Assembly (NCBI RefSeq): GCF_001194135.2
Contig: NC_068990.1
Span: 37,823,725 to 37,887,724 of the forward strand
Direction: 5' to 3'
Origin: Octopus bimaculoides
Taxonomy: Eukaryota
Length of the DNA: 64,000 nt
Part shown: one piece after another, positions 26,660 to 39,770 of the stretch
How positions within the stretch are numbered: position 1 is the first letter of the stretch
Layout: each line of letters starts with the position of its first letter
The notes under the pieces: generated by a model
What the model saw: the letters and a program-made list of their open reading frames with translations, nothing else
Database searches by the model: none
Told to the model about the DNA's origin: nothing
Translations under genes and position numbers: made by a program

Positions 26660-27472
26660 CTTGTTTCAGTCATTGGACCATAGCCATGCTGGAGCACTGC
26701 CTGGAAGGGTTTAGTCAAACAAATCAGCCCAAATACTTACATATTTTTAAAGTCTAGTATTTATTCTGTCTTTTTCCTTAGTCAGACTACTGAGTCATGG
26801 GTACATAAATGTACAAATACCAGCAGTCAAGTGGGTTGGCGCTCCATCAGTTATGACGACGAGGGTTCCAGTTGATCCGATCAATGACACAGCCTGCTCG
26901 TGAAATTAACGTGCAAGTGACTGAGCACTCCACAGACAAGTGCACCCTTAATGTAGTTCTTGGGGGAGATACAGCATGACACAGAGTGTGACAAGGCTGG
27001 CCCTTTGAAATACAGGTACAACAGAAACAGGAAGAAAGAGTGAGAGAAAGTTGTGGTGAAAGAGTAAAGCGGGGTTCGCCACCTTCCCCTGCCGGAGACT
27101 CATGGGGCTTTAGGTGTTTTCGCTCAATAAACACTCACAACGCCCGGTCTGGGAATCAAAACCGCGATCCTTCGACCATGAGTCTGCTGCCCTAACCACT
27201 GGTCCATTGTGCCACCTCCACTAGCAGTCAAGTAGTGTGGGTAACAAATGTGAATGCAAGCATACATATATAGATGGAAATTGTGTTGAAGCCTGTGATA
27301 TACATATATGCATATGACAGGCTTCCACAGATTTTCCATCTACCAAATTCAGGCACAAGGCATTGGTCAACCCAGGGCCATATAGTAAAAGATGCTTGCA
27401 CAAATTGCTGTGCATTTGGGCTGAATCTGAAACTGCATCACTGCAAAGCAAGGTTCTGAGCCACATGGCCAT
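26660..27472 (-). mobile_element. Old SINE family A copy interrupted by a SINE C insertion
   Basis: The 3' half lies at 26660-26832 (cttgtttcagtcattgg...ccatgctggagcactgcc). The 5' half lies at 27223-27472 (gacaggcttcc...taccaaattc...aaggcattggtcaaccc). Confidence 0.7.
26833..27222 (-). mobile_element. tRNA-derived SINE family C, full length, with 11-bp TSD
   Basis: Reverse complement of 53998-54390. TSD agcagtcaagt at 26822-26832 and 27223-27233. Confidence 0.92.
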
Positions 27473-27942
27473 TCAATTCAATCAAGGAAAATACAGAGAT
27501 TCCTCTACATGGCATCTAACTCTGCAAGAAATCACTGCCCAATCATCCTGAAATCATATGATACCATCTTAAAAGCATAATGTTGTAGATTTAGATACAT
27601 ATGTCTGAAATCAAGTGAAAATGTGAGGTGTCACATCTGGAATATCCTTGATCATTGGTTTCTTCACTCAAAGCTAATTTTCATTAAAGAACAATTCTTT
27701 CTAGCTTAAGGATAAGACCAAAAATTTGGAAGAGAGAGGAGATTAGTTGATTAGATTGATGACCTCATGACTGGGGGAATGGAAAGCAGGGTTAACCTAC
27801 GTGGGATTTGAGCTTGAAAAACATAATGGGCCTGAACAAACACTGCATAATCACTGAACCTGGAGCTTAACTATAGTCTGTCCATAGGACTTACTAAACA
27901 TTACCTGACACCTTTGACACTATTACCTCTCATAACCTCTAC

Positions 27943-27988
<46 letters not shown>

Positions 27989-28501
27989 ACATATAGCAGA
28001 AAAGCATACTTTCCTGCAAACTATGTTGCTCTTAATGACCCTTTTAACTAGTTAGATATGTTTGTAATCAGTGACACTTGTAGTCACTGCAATGTAATAA
28101 TCTGCCAGAGTTTAATGACACTTTATTAATTGAGCTCTTAATTACCGTGGATTTAGTCTTTGATGTTTATACATTAATTCTTACTGTGTGCACACACGTG
28201 TGTGTGTGTGTGAATTTCTTCCCTAGCGAAATTGATTTTCCAGTGGTGATATCCTTTTTTGTTTGAATGATAATCTCAACTGAAACAGTAGAAATACTCT
28301 CTACCATGTGGTGAGGAAATGATACAAGAACGCTAGATTTACTCTACATGTATGTGACAGATGCCCAAATGCAAACCTGGACGTACGTGTAATACTACTA
28401 CAGGATAGCACAGGGTAAATCTGAAAGTGGATGAGATTTATACTGTGCTCTATGCTCTTAACAGAATATTCCATAACTATACATACACACACACACATAT
28501 C

Positions 28502-28542
<41 letters not shown>

Positions 28543-28571
28543 AGATGTATGTATATACATATATATGTGTG

Positions 28572-28649
<78 letters not shown>

Positions 28650-28863
28650 GTATTGGCATCTAGAAGACCCAAAGAGTGGCAGGTAACACTATGTAAGTGG
28701 TATGGACAAATCATAGTTAAACTCTTGGTACAATAGTGATATGAGTGAGAAGTCTAATGTGGGTCTTGTATTAGAATGCATATGTATATTAGAAAAATGA
28801 AATAACAAAGCCAAGGCTGTGAGAAGTTTTCCGGATATTTATAAGAAAAAGATATAAGATATA

Positions 28864-28911
28864 GTCTTACAGCTGTTTCTGGGATATTATGGATATCCCT
28901 TCATCAGAGAT
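28864..28911 (-). ncRNA. Minimal type I hammerhead ribozyme motif
   Basis: Minus strand reads UCU-CUGAUGA-A-GGGAUAU-CCAUA-AUAUCCC-A-GAAAC-AGCU-GUA-AGA. This gives an intact core, a 7-bp stem II, a palindromic stem III (ACAGCUGU), a GUA cleavage triplet and a 3-bp stem I. Confidence 0.75.
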
Positions 28912-29878
28912 GATTGGAGACGGTTGAATAGAGGTAAATATCTGAGTTTGAAATAAGGAATTATTATGAAGAAGGAAGATATAGGGAATATAGAGGGAAA
29001 TAAGAGAATGGAAGTAGAAATAAAATATATAAAGATATTGTAGTTGTAGTTCCATTACTCAAGAAAAGTGGTGTATAGAAGTGGTAAAAACGTTTCCTGT
29101 ACATGGTATGTAAGTTCCAATAGTAGTTCATGTTTAGTCATTTCAAAGAATGGAGCCGTGGACTCGGTGTTGCTCATTTGAAAGGGTCTTGTGATGGTAG
29201 GAAGATATGTATGATTAGAATGAGAAGATAGGTCAAAATGAAAACGGGAAGAAAAAATGAGAGGAAGAAAGAAAGAAAAGAAAAAAGAGAGAACATTGAA
29301 AAGAGCAAAAAAGTGAAGAAAGGGTGAAAGAAGTGAGAAAAGGAGTGGTAGTTGGTGGTCAAGGTAATGTGAGGGGAGGATGGGAGAGGAGTGGGGAAGG
29401 GATATGAAGCGATGAGAAGGTAAAGTGTGAATAAGTGTGCGATATGTGAGTAGGCGTGATATGATAGAGTTGCATTAAGAGATGGGTAGAGAACAGGTAT
29501 GGATGGGGGTGATACCAAAGGGAGTAGTTATTTTAGTAGTAAAATTTAAAGTGAAGGTAAGAGTACAACGATGTCAAATTTCTATATGTCTATTAATAGA
29601 AATTTGACATCGTTGTATTAGTACCTCCACTTTAAATTTTACTACTAAAACTGTTCCTCACTTTGGTATCACCCCACACATACATTTTCTCAATCTATCT
29701 CTTAATGCAGCTCTACCATATCACTCTTACTCACATATCTCACACTTATTCACTCATTCTTTATATATTTTATTTCTACTTTCATTCTCTTATTTCCCTC
29801 TATATTCCTTATCTCCTTTTCCATAATAAATCCTTATTTCAAACTCAAATATTTACCTCTATTCAACCACCTCACACC

Positions 29879-29926
29879 GTCCCTGATGAAGAGATATCCA
29901 TAGTATCCCAGAAACAGCTGTAAGGC
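29879..29926 (+). ncRNA. Minimal type I hammerhead ribozyme motif (second arm, slightly decayed)
   Basis: GUCC-CUGAUGA-A-GAGAUAU-CCAUA-GUAUCCC-A-GAAAC-AGCU-GUA-AGGC. The core is intact, with one mismatch in stem II and one at the base of stem I. Confidence 0.68.
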
Positions 29927-30708
29927 TATATCTATATCTTTTTCCTCATAAATGTCCTGAAAACTCCTCACACCCTTGGTTTGGTTATCTCATTTTGTCT
30001 TATATATATATATATATACACACAAATACATACGTACACATACATACATGTACATATTTATATATGTATACAATTATCTATGTATGTATATTTGCGTGTG
30101 TGCATTTGAACATTTGAGGACAGTTTGTTTATATTTGTATTCATATGTGTATATGAAGGTGAGTATACATGTATGACATATCTGAGACTGAAAAGAAAAA
30201 GAAAAAAAAAAAAAGAAAGAGATGAGCTAAGAGGAAATGGTCAGTTAATATAAAAATGTCTGAACGAATAGTAAATTAAAATAATTTTCAGATCCAGACA
30301 AAAGCAGCAAGTCACAGAAAATGATTAATAGCTTTATCTTATAAAGATAATCATTCAACAAGATTGGGGAATATATGTGTTTAAATATCAGTGTTTCACT
30401 TGTATAAAGATAGAAACATATTTGATATCACAATGTTCATTGTTGATAAACTTTTCAATACTCCCATTATTCGTTTATATGTTTAACTATATATTAGCAA
30501 TCTATCTCACTATTTTGTCTCTCTTTGTCATTCTTTTTTTTTCAGTCTTCCTCCCCTCTCTCCCCCATTCTATCTTATGTATCTGTTACATTACTTATTT
30601 ACTTTTTGTACATCAATCTATTTACTCATTCATCAATATGCATTTCAGGATACCTTCCAAGTTATTTATCTATCCATCTATCTGTTTGTCTGTCTGTTTG
30701 TCTGTCTA

Positions 30709-31952
30709 CAAGAGTCAGCTGAAAAGTTCATAGGCTGACCAAAACACTCTCATGGAATGTGACCAAATGAGGTTTCTTTTTCAACAGAGTCCCTCTCACT
30801 ATCTATTCACTTCTTCCGTCGATGTTGCAGTGCTTGGATCCCATTGGTGAAGAAGCTTTCATTGCTTTGGTGAAGACGTTATCAACAGCAGATATGACAT
30901 CGTCATCACTGTCATACTAATCCCCAGCTTAGTGCTTTGTTCATGCTGAGGAACAGATGATAGTCCGATGGGGTCGAATCAGGAGAATAGGGGAGGCTGG
31001 TCGACCTTTTCAAAGCCACAGTCATGCACAGCAGCCATTAAAATCAACAGCTTCTGTGCTGGAGCATTGTCCTAATAAAACAAGCTCCTTTCATCCCTTT
31101 TCTTGAGCATTTGGTCATAATAGCCTTTCATAACTGTCTCAGCAAATTGACATAGTACTCTCCCCATTGATTCTGTGACCCTTTTGAATATAGTTGATAA
31201 ACACAATGTTGAGGCCATCACTTTCCCTGCAACTGAAACAACTTCAGCCTTCTTTGGAAGTGTTTCCACTGCATGGATTGTCTCTTTGTATCAGGCTCAA
31301 AGGGATCAACCCAACACTCATCCTGGTTTAAGAGATGTTCAAGGAAACCAGCTGGATCTGCCTCAAATAATGTGAGATTTTCCCGTGATGTGAACAGCTG
31401 GCCGTGCTTTTGATCAGCTGTCAGAAGAAACCTTTGTCATGCCAAGACCATTGTGTAGAATATTATCAACTCTCTTGGGAAATGCTAAGAGCATCGGCTA
31501 TTTGATTTAAAATTCAATCACCTGTCATCCGTCACTATGGTAAACAGGATCAATGTTTTCATGAGTGGTGACAGTTGCAGGACGCCCAGACCTTGGATCA
31601 TCTTCAAGATTTTTCTTTTCTTAAATTCAGCTGTCCACTTTTGCATTCTTCATAAAGCTGGAGCATCATTTCCTAATGTAGCAACCATGTTAGCATGAAT
31701 GTCCTTGGGGCAAAACCCTTTTTCTGCAGGTACTTAATACCACCATGATGCCAAGCCAAATTTTATCCATTTTGAAGAGAAGTCACTACAAGTTACTTTT
31801 GAAGTCTTCTTTGAACAGTCAAAAATCTGTTCAGCTGGAAAGAATCAGAGTAATTATTTAAAAGAAGAGTTTTGAAATTAATGCATACAAGATTTCACAT
31901 CTGTTGCATCACTCCTTCATAGTCAACATATGAACTTTTCAGTCCAGCCTCC
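30709..31952 (-). mobile_element. Near full-length mariner (DD34D) transposon with pseudogenised transposase (~31770 to ~30775)
   Basis: Imperfect ~32-bp TIRs (caagagtcagctgaaaagttcataggctgacc and agtcaacatatgaacttttcagtccagcctcc) are flanked by TA at 30707-30708 and 31953-31954. Motifs include MDKIW, LEDDPRSGRPAT, PKKAEVVSVAGKVMAS, *DNAPAQ, QPPYSPDSTPSDYHLF and FFTNGIQALQHRRKK. Multiple stops and frameshifts. Confidence 0.93.
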
Positions 31953-32032
31953 TATCTATCTATCTATTTACCTCTGTCCTTCCCTACCTACCTACCTTCC
32001 TCCCTACCTACAAACATACATACATACATACA

Positions 32033-32108
<76 letters not shown>

Positions 32109-33667
32109 GCTCCATCCATCTATAGAGAGATAACATGGGTATGAGAGGAATGTGATGTGCATTAGGGAGAAAGAGAGCTACACTGGTATGGAAGTGTGAT
32201 GACAGGTGAGTAAAAAAGGGATCCGGGTGCTCCAAACAATTTGTAGAAGATGAACACTAAGGAGATTGTGAGGATGTTGTGATGAAAGTTGATGTTAGGG
32301 GGCTAAGGCTTATGAGGATGACACAGCACTGGGACAAATAGCCAGCCCATACACACATGGAAATGAATGCTAACATGAAGACGATAACACACAGACATAC
32401 ACACAATCGTGCACGAGCACGTACGTGTCATCACAATCATTATCATTCTACGTCTGCTTTCCTTACTGGTAGGAACTTGACATGTTGTCACGATTGAGAT
32501 AATCACTTACTCATAGTTACATTTTCAGATGTTTATGAAGACTATGCTATGGTCATATTTTCCCCTTTTGGCCTGATCACTATGATTGCATACCCTTCTT
32601 TGCACTAACTACATTATAGTGTGTAGAGGATATATTTTATTGTCACCGGTGCTAGATATGCCTTTAACTAGTCGAACCTTTTGACACTATTTTGTCTCCA
32701 TTCCTTTGCTTACTACTTACTGTATGCTGGGTATATTTTATGATGGCACCTACAGTAGTAAGTTTGACTTGTACCCCGTAAAATGTAAAAGTTTTTAACT
32801 CATTATAATGTGTTCATTCACACAGGACAACATGAACAACAGTGAATAGCAATGACAAAGAGAAAGAGAGAGAGAGGGGTGCGAGAGGGTGATGGAAATA
32901 GACAGACAGGCTGATAGAGAGATAATAGAGAAAATGACTAGAATTAGTAGATGAAGAAAAGGAAATTAGGATGATAGAAATAGTTATTGGTTTCTGAGAG
33001 TCGTAATAGGAAAGAGATAGTAATTAATATCAGTATATGTAGGAAACAATAAAGTAATGTCAATAAGTGATCGGGAAAACCGAACGATGACTAGTAGTAC
33101 AAAGCAGTAGTAGAGTGTATTTGGTACAAAGGGACGTGATGCTACTTTTTATACATAAAACTTGTGATGAGCAAATGAGGTAATATTAAGAATGGTGGTA
33201 AGCAGATGGAATAAGAAGAGATCCTACATCATTTCTCATCGCACAGGCAGCGTAGTACAGTGAATATGAGAGGGGTGAATGTTAGAGAGAGATAAGACAG
33301 CATATGAAATCCAATGTTATTTGTAGTTACCCAATTAACAGGATACAGTGAATAGTGAGGAGTTGCTCTATCATCATTCATCACACAAAAATTGCATGCA
33401 CAGACTATACAGAAATGTGCACTCACATGCATACATATATAGACATGTTATTAATGTACTGGAAGCATAAATATACAACACTGTGAAAATGGATAAATGT
33501 TTCCTTTTAATATAATTTATGCTAATTTCTGGAAGCTCAAAGTTCCATGCTTACAGAAATCAGAAACAATTTACATCATTTGTAATTTGAATTGGAGTTA
33601 AATGAATATTGGTTTTCATCAGCATGTTACCTTGGGTCCCAGAAAGTTAACATAAATTCGCTTAAAT

Positions 33668-33724
<57 letters not shown>

Positions 33725-34217
33725 GTGCGTATGTTCATAATCAAGATTATTATTTTCATGCAATTTTAAAAATAGGTGGACATTATGATGAAAACCCACA
33801 CTGAGAGATGATAAAATTCAATATAAAATTTGTTTCATATGATGGTTTATTTAACCGGGGAGTTTGTCCTCAACAACACTGAACAGTCATTTTTCTTTAT
33901 AACTTCATGTGTTTATGTCACGGTTAATAAAAACGCTCATCATGCTTTTGAGAACATCTTTTCTGTGATATGAAATAAAGTGACAGTTATTGGAAAAGCT
34001 TGGTATATTATGGATATTTTTGTGAGATGCAGAAGAGGTAATTCAAATTTTCAACTGAAGGATTTAAATTCCTATGTATGACAGATTTGTCGTTAGGAAA
34101 AGAGATGTGATTTAATCAAAGCCATAATAATAAAAAAAAAAAAAAATTATAAATACAAATAGTTATAGTGTATATACAAATGAGTAAAAAGATATCTAGC
34201 TAGCTAGTTTGATTTAT

Positions 34218-34328
34218 TTTGGAATCAATGAAAATAAGTACAAGTTACTCTCTAGGACCGATGTAATCGACTAGCCCCCTCCCGCCTCAAATTTCAGGCC
34301 TTGTGCCTTGAGTAGAAAGGATTATATT
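34218..34328 (+). mobile_element. SINE family B 3' fragment
   Basis: aaaataagtacaagtt...gatgtaatcgactagccccctccc...aaatttcaggccttgtgcct..agtagaaaggattat. Confidence 0.7.
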
Positions 34329-35313
34329 AAAATGTAAGCCTGTAAACTTCAGTGCTCTGAAAACTGCAGATTTAGAGAAAATAAAAGCTATGTTATATTA
34401 TGTTAAAGTAGTCAAATTATGTTTAAGTGATTTTAAATGATTTTTTTCAAACTGATTCTGAATTCACTCCTGGATGTTAGGGACTGTTCTAATATTAATA
34501 TTAATCTTGTTAAGTATTTACTTTTGATTAATACGATTTCAGATTACACAGGATGGATTAGCTTGTATTTCCAGATGGATTTCAGATTAACTATTATAAA
34601 AATTAATGTCTAGCATTTTGATAATATCGCTAATCTTTCATCAATTTTAAACATATCTGATAAGGCCATAGTCACTTAATGTTCATATACTGTATATCTG
34701 TAGACTAGTTCTTATATATTTTTGAGCTCTCTTATTAATAATTTGCCTATGTAAAATCCTTTCAACTTCATAAAATATCTTAGTTACATTTGTAAAAAAA
34801 CAAGACTCATCAATTAACTTTTATTTCTTTCTGTAAGCACATGAAAGATTTCCTTATAAGCACAATGATTTGTGTAACTATGATGTAATTACACAGAAAG
34901 TGTCAAAGCCAACTGTTGTACAATAACTCATTTATCACACACACACACATGCGCACAAACACACACACACACACTCACACACACACACCACATCACACCA
35001 CATGAACACATGTATATATAGACAGAAGACACAGAATGAAAAATGCAAGATGCCAGCTGTTATATACAATACATATACTAAGAAATGCGAATATTTGGGG
35101 TATTGCCTTGTTGAGGGTCTTAATCAAACAAGGGGACCCCAGTACTTATTCTTAAATTTAGCACTTCTATCGATCTCTTATTGCTGGAATGCTAAGTTAA
35201 GGGAGCATAAAGCAAATATTCCGGGTCTTTCAGCTAGTCTGTACAGCAGGCCATACAAAATTAAACAGTACCCTGTAAATTCTTGTATATATCAATGGTA
35301 TAGTTGGTACATA

Positions 35314-35635
35314 CAGGGTGGGGCAGAGAGGACAGAAGATTTTGAAATGACTATTACTCAGCCCCTGTGGGAGGGACATATGTCCAACAGGTACCATTTG
35401 GTCCATGGTGTCTTAGCATTTCTTTTGTTTTGTTTTCAGGTAAAGCCATGGCATTGTGGATGATAGAGTATCTCGTGTCTGCCTACAACAGTTACATGAA
35501 GAATAATGAGTCTGTCACAGCAGTTCAATGTGAGTTTCAGCACCACTTCAACATTCCTCGAAATCAGGCAGTTCCCACTTGAATGTTGGGTGAATGCACT
35601 TCGTACATGAGCTACACTAATGAATAGGAGACTAG
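35314..35635 (+). mobile_element. 5' end of a Tc1/mariner element, rosa (DD41D)-like, DUF4817-type HTH
   Basis: TA plus TIR cagggtggggcagagaggac. From ATG 35448 it reads MALWMIEYLVSAYNSYMKNNESVTAVQCEFQHHFNIPRNQAVPT, then WVNALRT*ATLMNRR. Confidence 0.82.
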
Positions 35636-38402
35636 GCGTGAGTATATACACATTGATACACATGAATACAAATCATACTAATAACACAGTGTTGTGAAGA
35701 GTGCCTATACATACACATAGGCACATAAAATTATGACTCCGCACATCCATGCAATCGCATACCTCAATATATACTTATAAACTCACATACATGCACATGC
35801 ACAAATATGAGTCTAAAGTTACACACATGCATATACAGGTGAGGGATATTGGGTAGGGAAATCCCAGCGATTAATGAGAAATAAAGAAAATACAAGACTA
35901 TGAAAGATTATTTCCTATTAATTTCCATGTACGAGTTTAAGACAAGACAAATGCATACTAATTTATACAAATATGCTCCATACTGTCATATAAATTCTGG
36001 AATACTTATACCAAATTTATATACCGGAAAATATATGCATGTACACATAAGGATACCTGTATATATAAATACGCACATGCACACATACATATACATGCAT
36101 GTACTCACACACACACACATACACACACACAGTTCTTCTATTTCTATCTTAATGCAGTTGCTAATCAAGAAAAGTGCATCATTCTATGTAGAACACCTAA
36201 GATATTCAGTAATTCTGATACAATAAAATATAAATGCCCTCCAATTCCATTTGCTGTGCTGATTTTTAAAAACTAGGTATTTGTGGTTATGGACAAGTAT
36301 ACACACAGCCCTAAATAACGTTGGTGTATATATTTTGTGGGTATGTTTAAGTTTATGGACACTTATGCAGTTCTAGTTTTCCGTTGGGTGTATGTTTAAG
36401 GTTTTATTTTTGTAGACAACTAGGTGAGTATATATTATCAGCATATGTATAATTGTGTATATACATGTGCCCAATATATCTTGTGCATGTCATTTCTTAT
36501 CAATTAATACAAAATTGTCACATTCTTATGGATGTAAGAGTAAATTTGAGAAAAGGAAAGAGCGAATGAGTAAGGTGGGTAAAATACTGTCTGATTACTT
36601 GTATTTGTAGGGTTAACAAATTAATGAGCACTTCACCCCTTACAGCTATGGCTTAAGCCATAAATACATCATACTCTTCGCTCATTCTCCCCCTCGCTCT
36701 CTATCTCTCTTTCACTCACACAGTTACACTCCATTTGTAACAGACAGTGCAACAATTCTGATACTGTTACTGTTAAAACCAGTAGGTTACTCAAAAGCTG
36801 TTGATTAGGTAATGGTGTTGGTGTTTGTTGTGGTGGTTGTAGAGGCGATGGTAGTATTGCTGATGGTGGTGGTAGGGTGGTGGCGATGATGGGAAATATT
36901 GTAATGGATGACAGTGTTCCTATTGGTCTTGTTAAGCGTATTGTTGTTGCTGTGAGTCTTAAGTCAATCCTCATTGATCTAAGATCAAAGAGATTTAATT
37001 CAACTTTTAAAATACACTAGAGTACCCATTATTTCATGTCATTGTCTTTTATTTTAGATGAAATTGCTTATCTTATTGCAGTTGTTGTTATTCGTTAAGG
37101 AGTTGGTGGGATGGTAATGGCAATGATTGTATTAACACCAAATTATCATTTGGTCTTAATGATAATTAACAGTGGTGATGAAGCCTGATTTATTACATTG
37201 ACACACACATACACACACAAATACATAGATAGGTAGAAAGATAGATAGACATTGTGACCCAGGAAGATATACAAAGACACACACACATGTATATAAATAT
37301 ATTTGTGTATATGTATGTGCCAAGATTACAGTTTTATTTCAAATTGTTGAATATACTTTTGATCTAAAACAACCAGAAGTAGTCTTTTAGATACAAAGAA
37401 AGTGTTGATTTTAAATGGTTAAAGTTATTTGAGCTTTAAAAAGGTAGAAATTATAGACCATATCTGAAAATACCATTTAGATTTTATAATATACTTGATC
37501 ATGAAAATCCATAACTTGGGTAGCCATAATGCAGGGGTTACCTGTATAAATATATAAACACACACACACATACATACATACATAATACAAACACACACAC
37601 ATATACACACATACATGTTCAGACATATTACACACATGCACACAAGCACAAAGGGAGAGAGAGAGGGAGAAAAAAGAGGTTAAAAAAAAAACAAATGAGA
37701 AATGGTAGTTCTTAACTGTTCTTGCTGTAAAATTATTTATTATATATTTTCATTATGTTTTCTCATTTTTTAATCTTAATTATCATTTTGAGCAGAAATT
37801 TGTTTTTCCCAGTTTTGTTTTATAGACAACTGATAAGATAGATTTTACTTTGAAAGAAAACAAGAAAAAAAAAAACAAGAACAAGTGATATTTATAGACA
37901 CTGAAACATGAACACACACATGCATGTACATGTACACACACATACACACACACACACTTATATACATACACATAATTGCATATATGCATGCACTGACAGA
38001 CATAGATATACTCTGTACAGAAATAATAAAAATTTATTGTAAAATAGTTGAAGTATGATTAGGATCAAACGTTAACAAGCAAAGATATAAAATAGTGTTA
38101 TAATGTGATAAAGGCACCAAAGTTTTTCTTCTATAAATAAACCTTACCCACAACACAAAAATGGTCAAACAAAAACAATATTTATGTCTATGTGTTTATG
38201 TGTCTGTATATATAAATGTATACATATTTATGTTTCCCAATAATCTAATTGCACATATTCTAAATATAAAAGAAAACAATAACAATCTTAAAAACAATAA
38301 TATCAACAACAAAATTAAGCCAGAAGCAACAATTGCAGTGTATGTAAAAAAAAGAAAAGAAAGCACACATATATAAACAGACACACACACAAACATACAC
38401 AC

Positions 38403-38442
<40 letters not shown>

Positions 38443-38911
38443 CTGTAAAAACATATTCACATATTTATCATCATTATTTAAACTCCATCTTACATGCTGG
38501 AACGGATTGAATGGTTCAACAGGATTCAACACTCCAGAGGTCCTGTGTCTGCACCGGCATGGTTGAATGCTTTTTCAGAAAACCAATATCTTTACAGAGT
38601 GTACTGGGTACTTTATTTTTTGTACCTTCGTGAATGAGGCTATCAAATAACTAGCAAGGCAAGACCCACTACTATGGAAATTTTAATGCGGTCAACTGAT
38701 GCTTTTCCTCTAGTTTTGTTTTGGGTGCTCTATTGCAGTGCAATATGCAATGATCTGTGATGGCTTGTTTAAAATCATGATCAACCAGCAAGAATGTCTT
38801 GTTCTTGATAATCTTCTGCTTCTAATTGTCAATCTAGAACAATGGTTCTCAGCTGGGGTCCATATGGCCCTTGGGACTCCATATTACATTTTGTTGTTAA
38901 AATTTCTGTAT

Positions 38912-39067
38912 AGGCGCGTGTGGTAAGTAGCTTGCTTACCAAACACATAGTTCTGGGTTCAGTCCCACTGCATGGCATCTTGGGCAAGTGTCTTCTACTA
39001 TAGCATCAGGCCGACCAAAGCCTTGTGAGTGGATTTGGTAGACGGAAACTGAAAGAAGCCTGTCGTA

Positions 39068-39108
<41 letters not shown>

Positions 39109-39251
39109 TTGTGTGTCTATGTTTGTCCCTCCACCATCGCTTGACAACCGATGCTGGTGTGTTTACATCCCTGTAACTTAGCGGTTCAGCAACAAGAGAC
39201 CGATAGAATAAATACTAGGCTTACAAAGAATAAGTCCTGGGGTCAATTTGC
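38912..39251 (+). mobile_element. SINE family A, cut by an N-gap
   Basis: Same as the 19259 family. Confidence 0.9.
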
Positions 39252-39595
39252 NNNNNNNNNNNNNNNNNNNNNNNNNNNNNNNNNNNNNNNNNNNNNNNNN
39301 NNNNNNNNNNNNNNNNNNNNNNNNNNNNNNNNNNNNNNNNNNNNNNNNNNNNNNNNNNNNNNNNNNNNNNNNNNNNNNNNNNNNNNNNNNNNNNNNNNNN
39401 NNNNNNNNNNNNNNNNNNNNNNNNNNNNNNNNNNNNNNNNNNNNNNNNNNNNNNNNNNNNNNNNNNNNNNNNNNNNNNNNNNNNNNNNNNNNNNNNNNNN
39501 NNNNNNNNNNNNNNNNNNNNNNNNNNNNNNNNNNNNNNNNNNNNNNNNNNNNNNNNNNNNNNNNNNNNNNNNNNNNNNNNNNNNNNNNNNNNNNN

Positions 39596-39770
39596 TATAT
39601 ATAACACAACAGGCTTCTTTCAGTTTCTGTCTGCCAAATCCACTCACTAGGCTTTGGTCAGCCTGAGGCTATAGTAGAAGACACTTGCCCAAGGTGCCAA
39701 GCAGTGAGACTGAACCCGGAACCATGTGGTTGGTAAGCAAGCTAGTTACCACACAGACACGCCTGCACCT
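39596..39770 (-). mobile_element. SINE family A 5' half, inverted relative to 38912
   Basis: caggcttctttcagtttctgtctgccaaatccactcac...gacacttgcccaaggtgcc...gaacccggaaccatgtgg. Confidence 0.9.

Larger units (their letters stand above)
28790..30000. mobile_element. ~1.2-kb fold-back (head-to-head) repeat with a terminal hammerhead motif in each arm; Penelope-like pLTR or retrozyme-like
   Basis: 28790-29036 is the reverse complement of 29757-30000, and 29427-29585 is the reverse complement of 29596-29755. The loop is 29586-29595. The supplied ORFs 28867..29055(-) and 29663..29923(+) translate to near-identical peptides, confirming the inversion. Confidence 0.85.
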
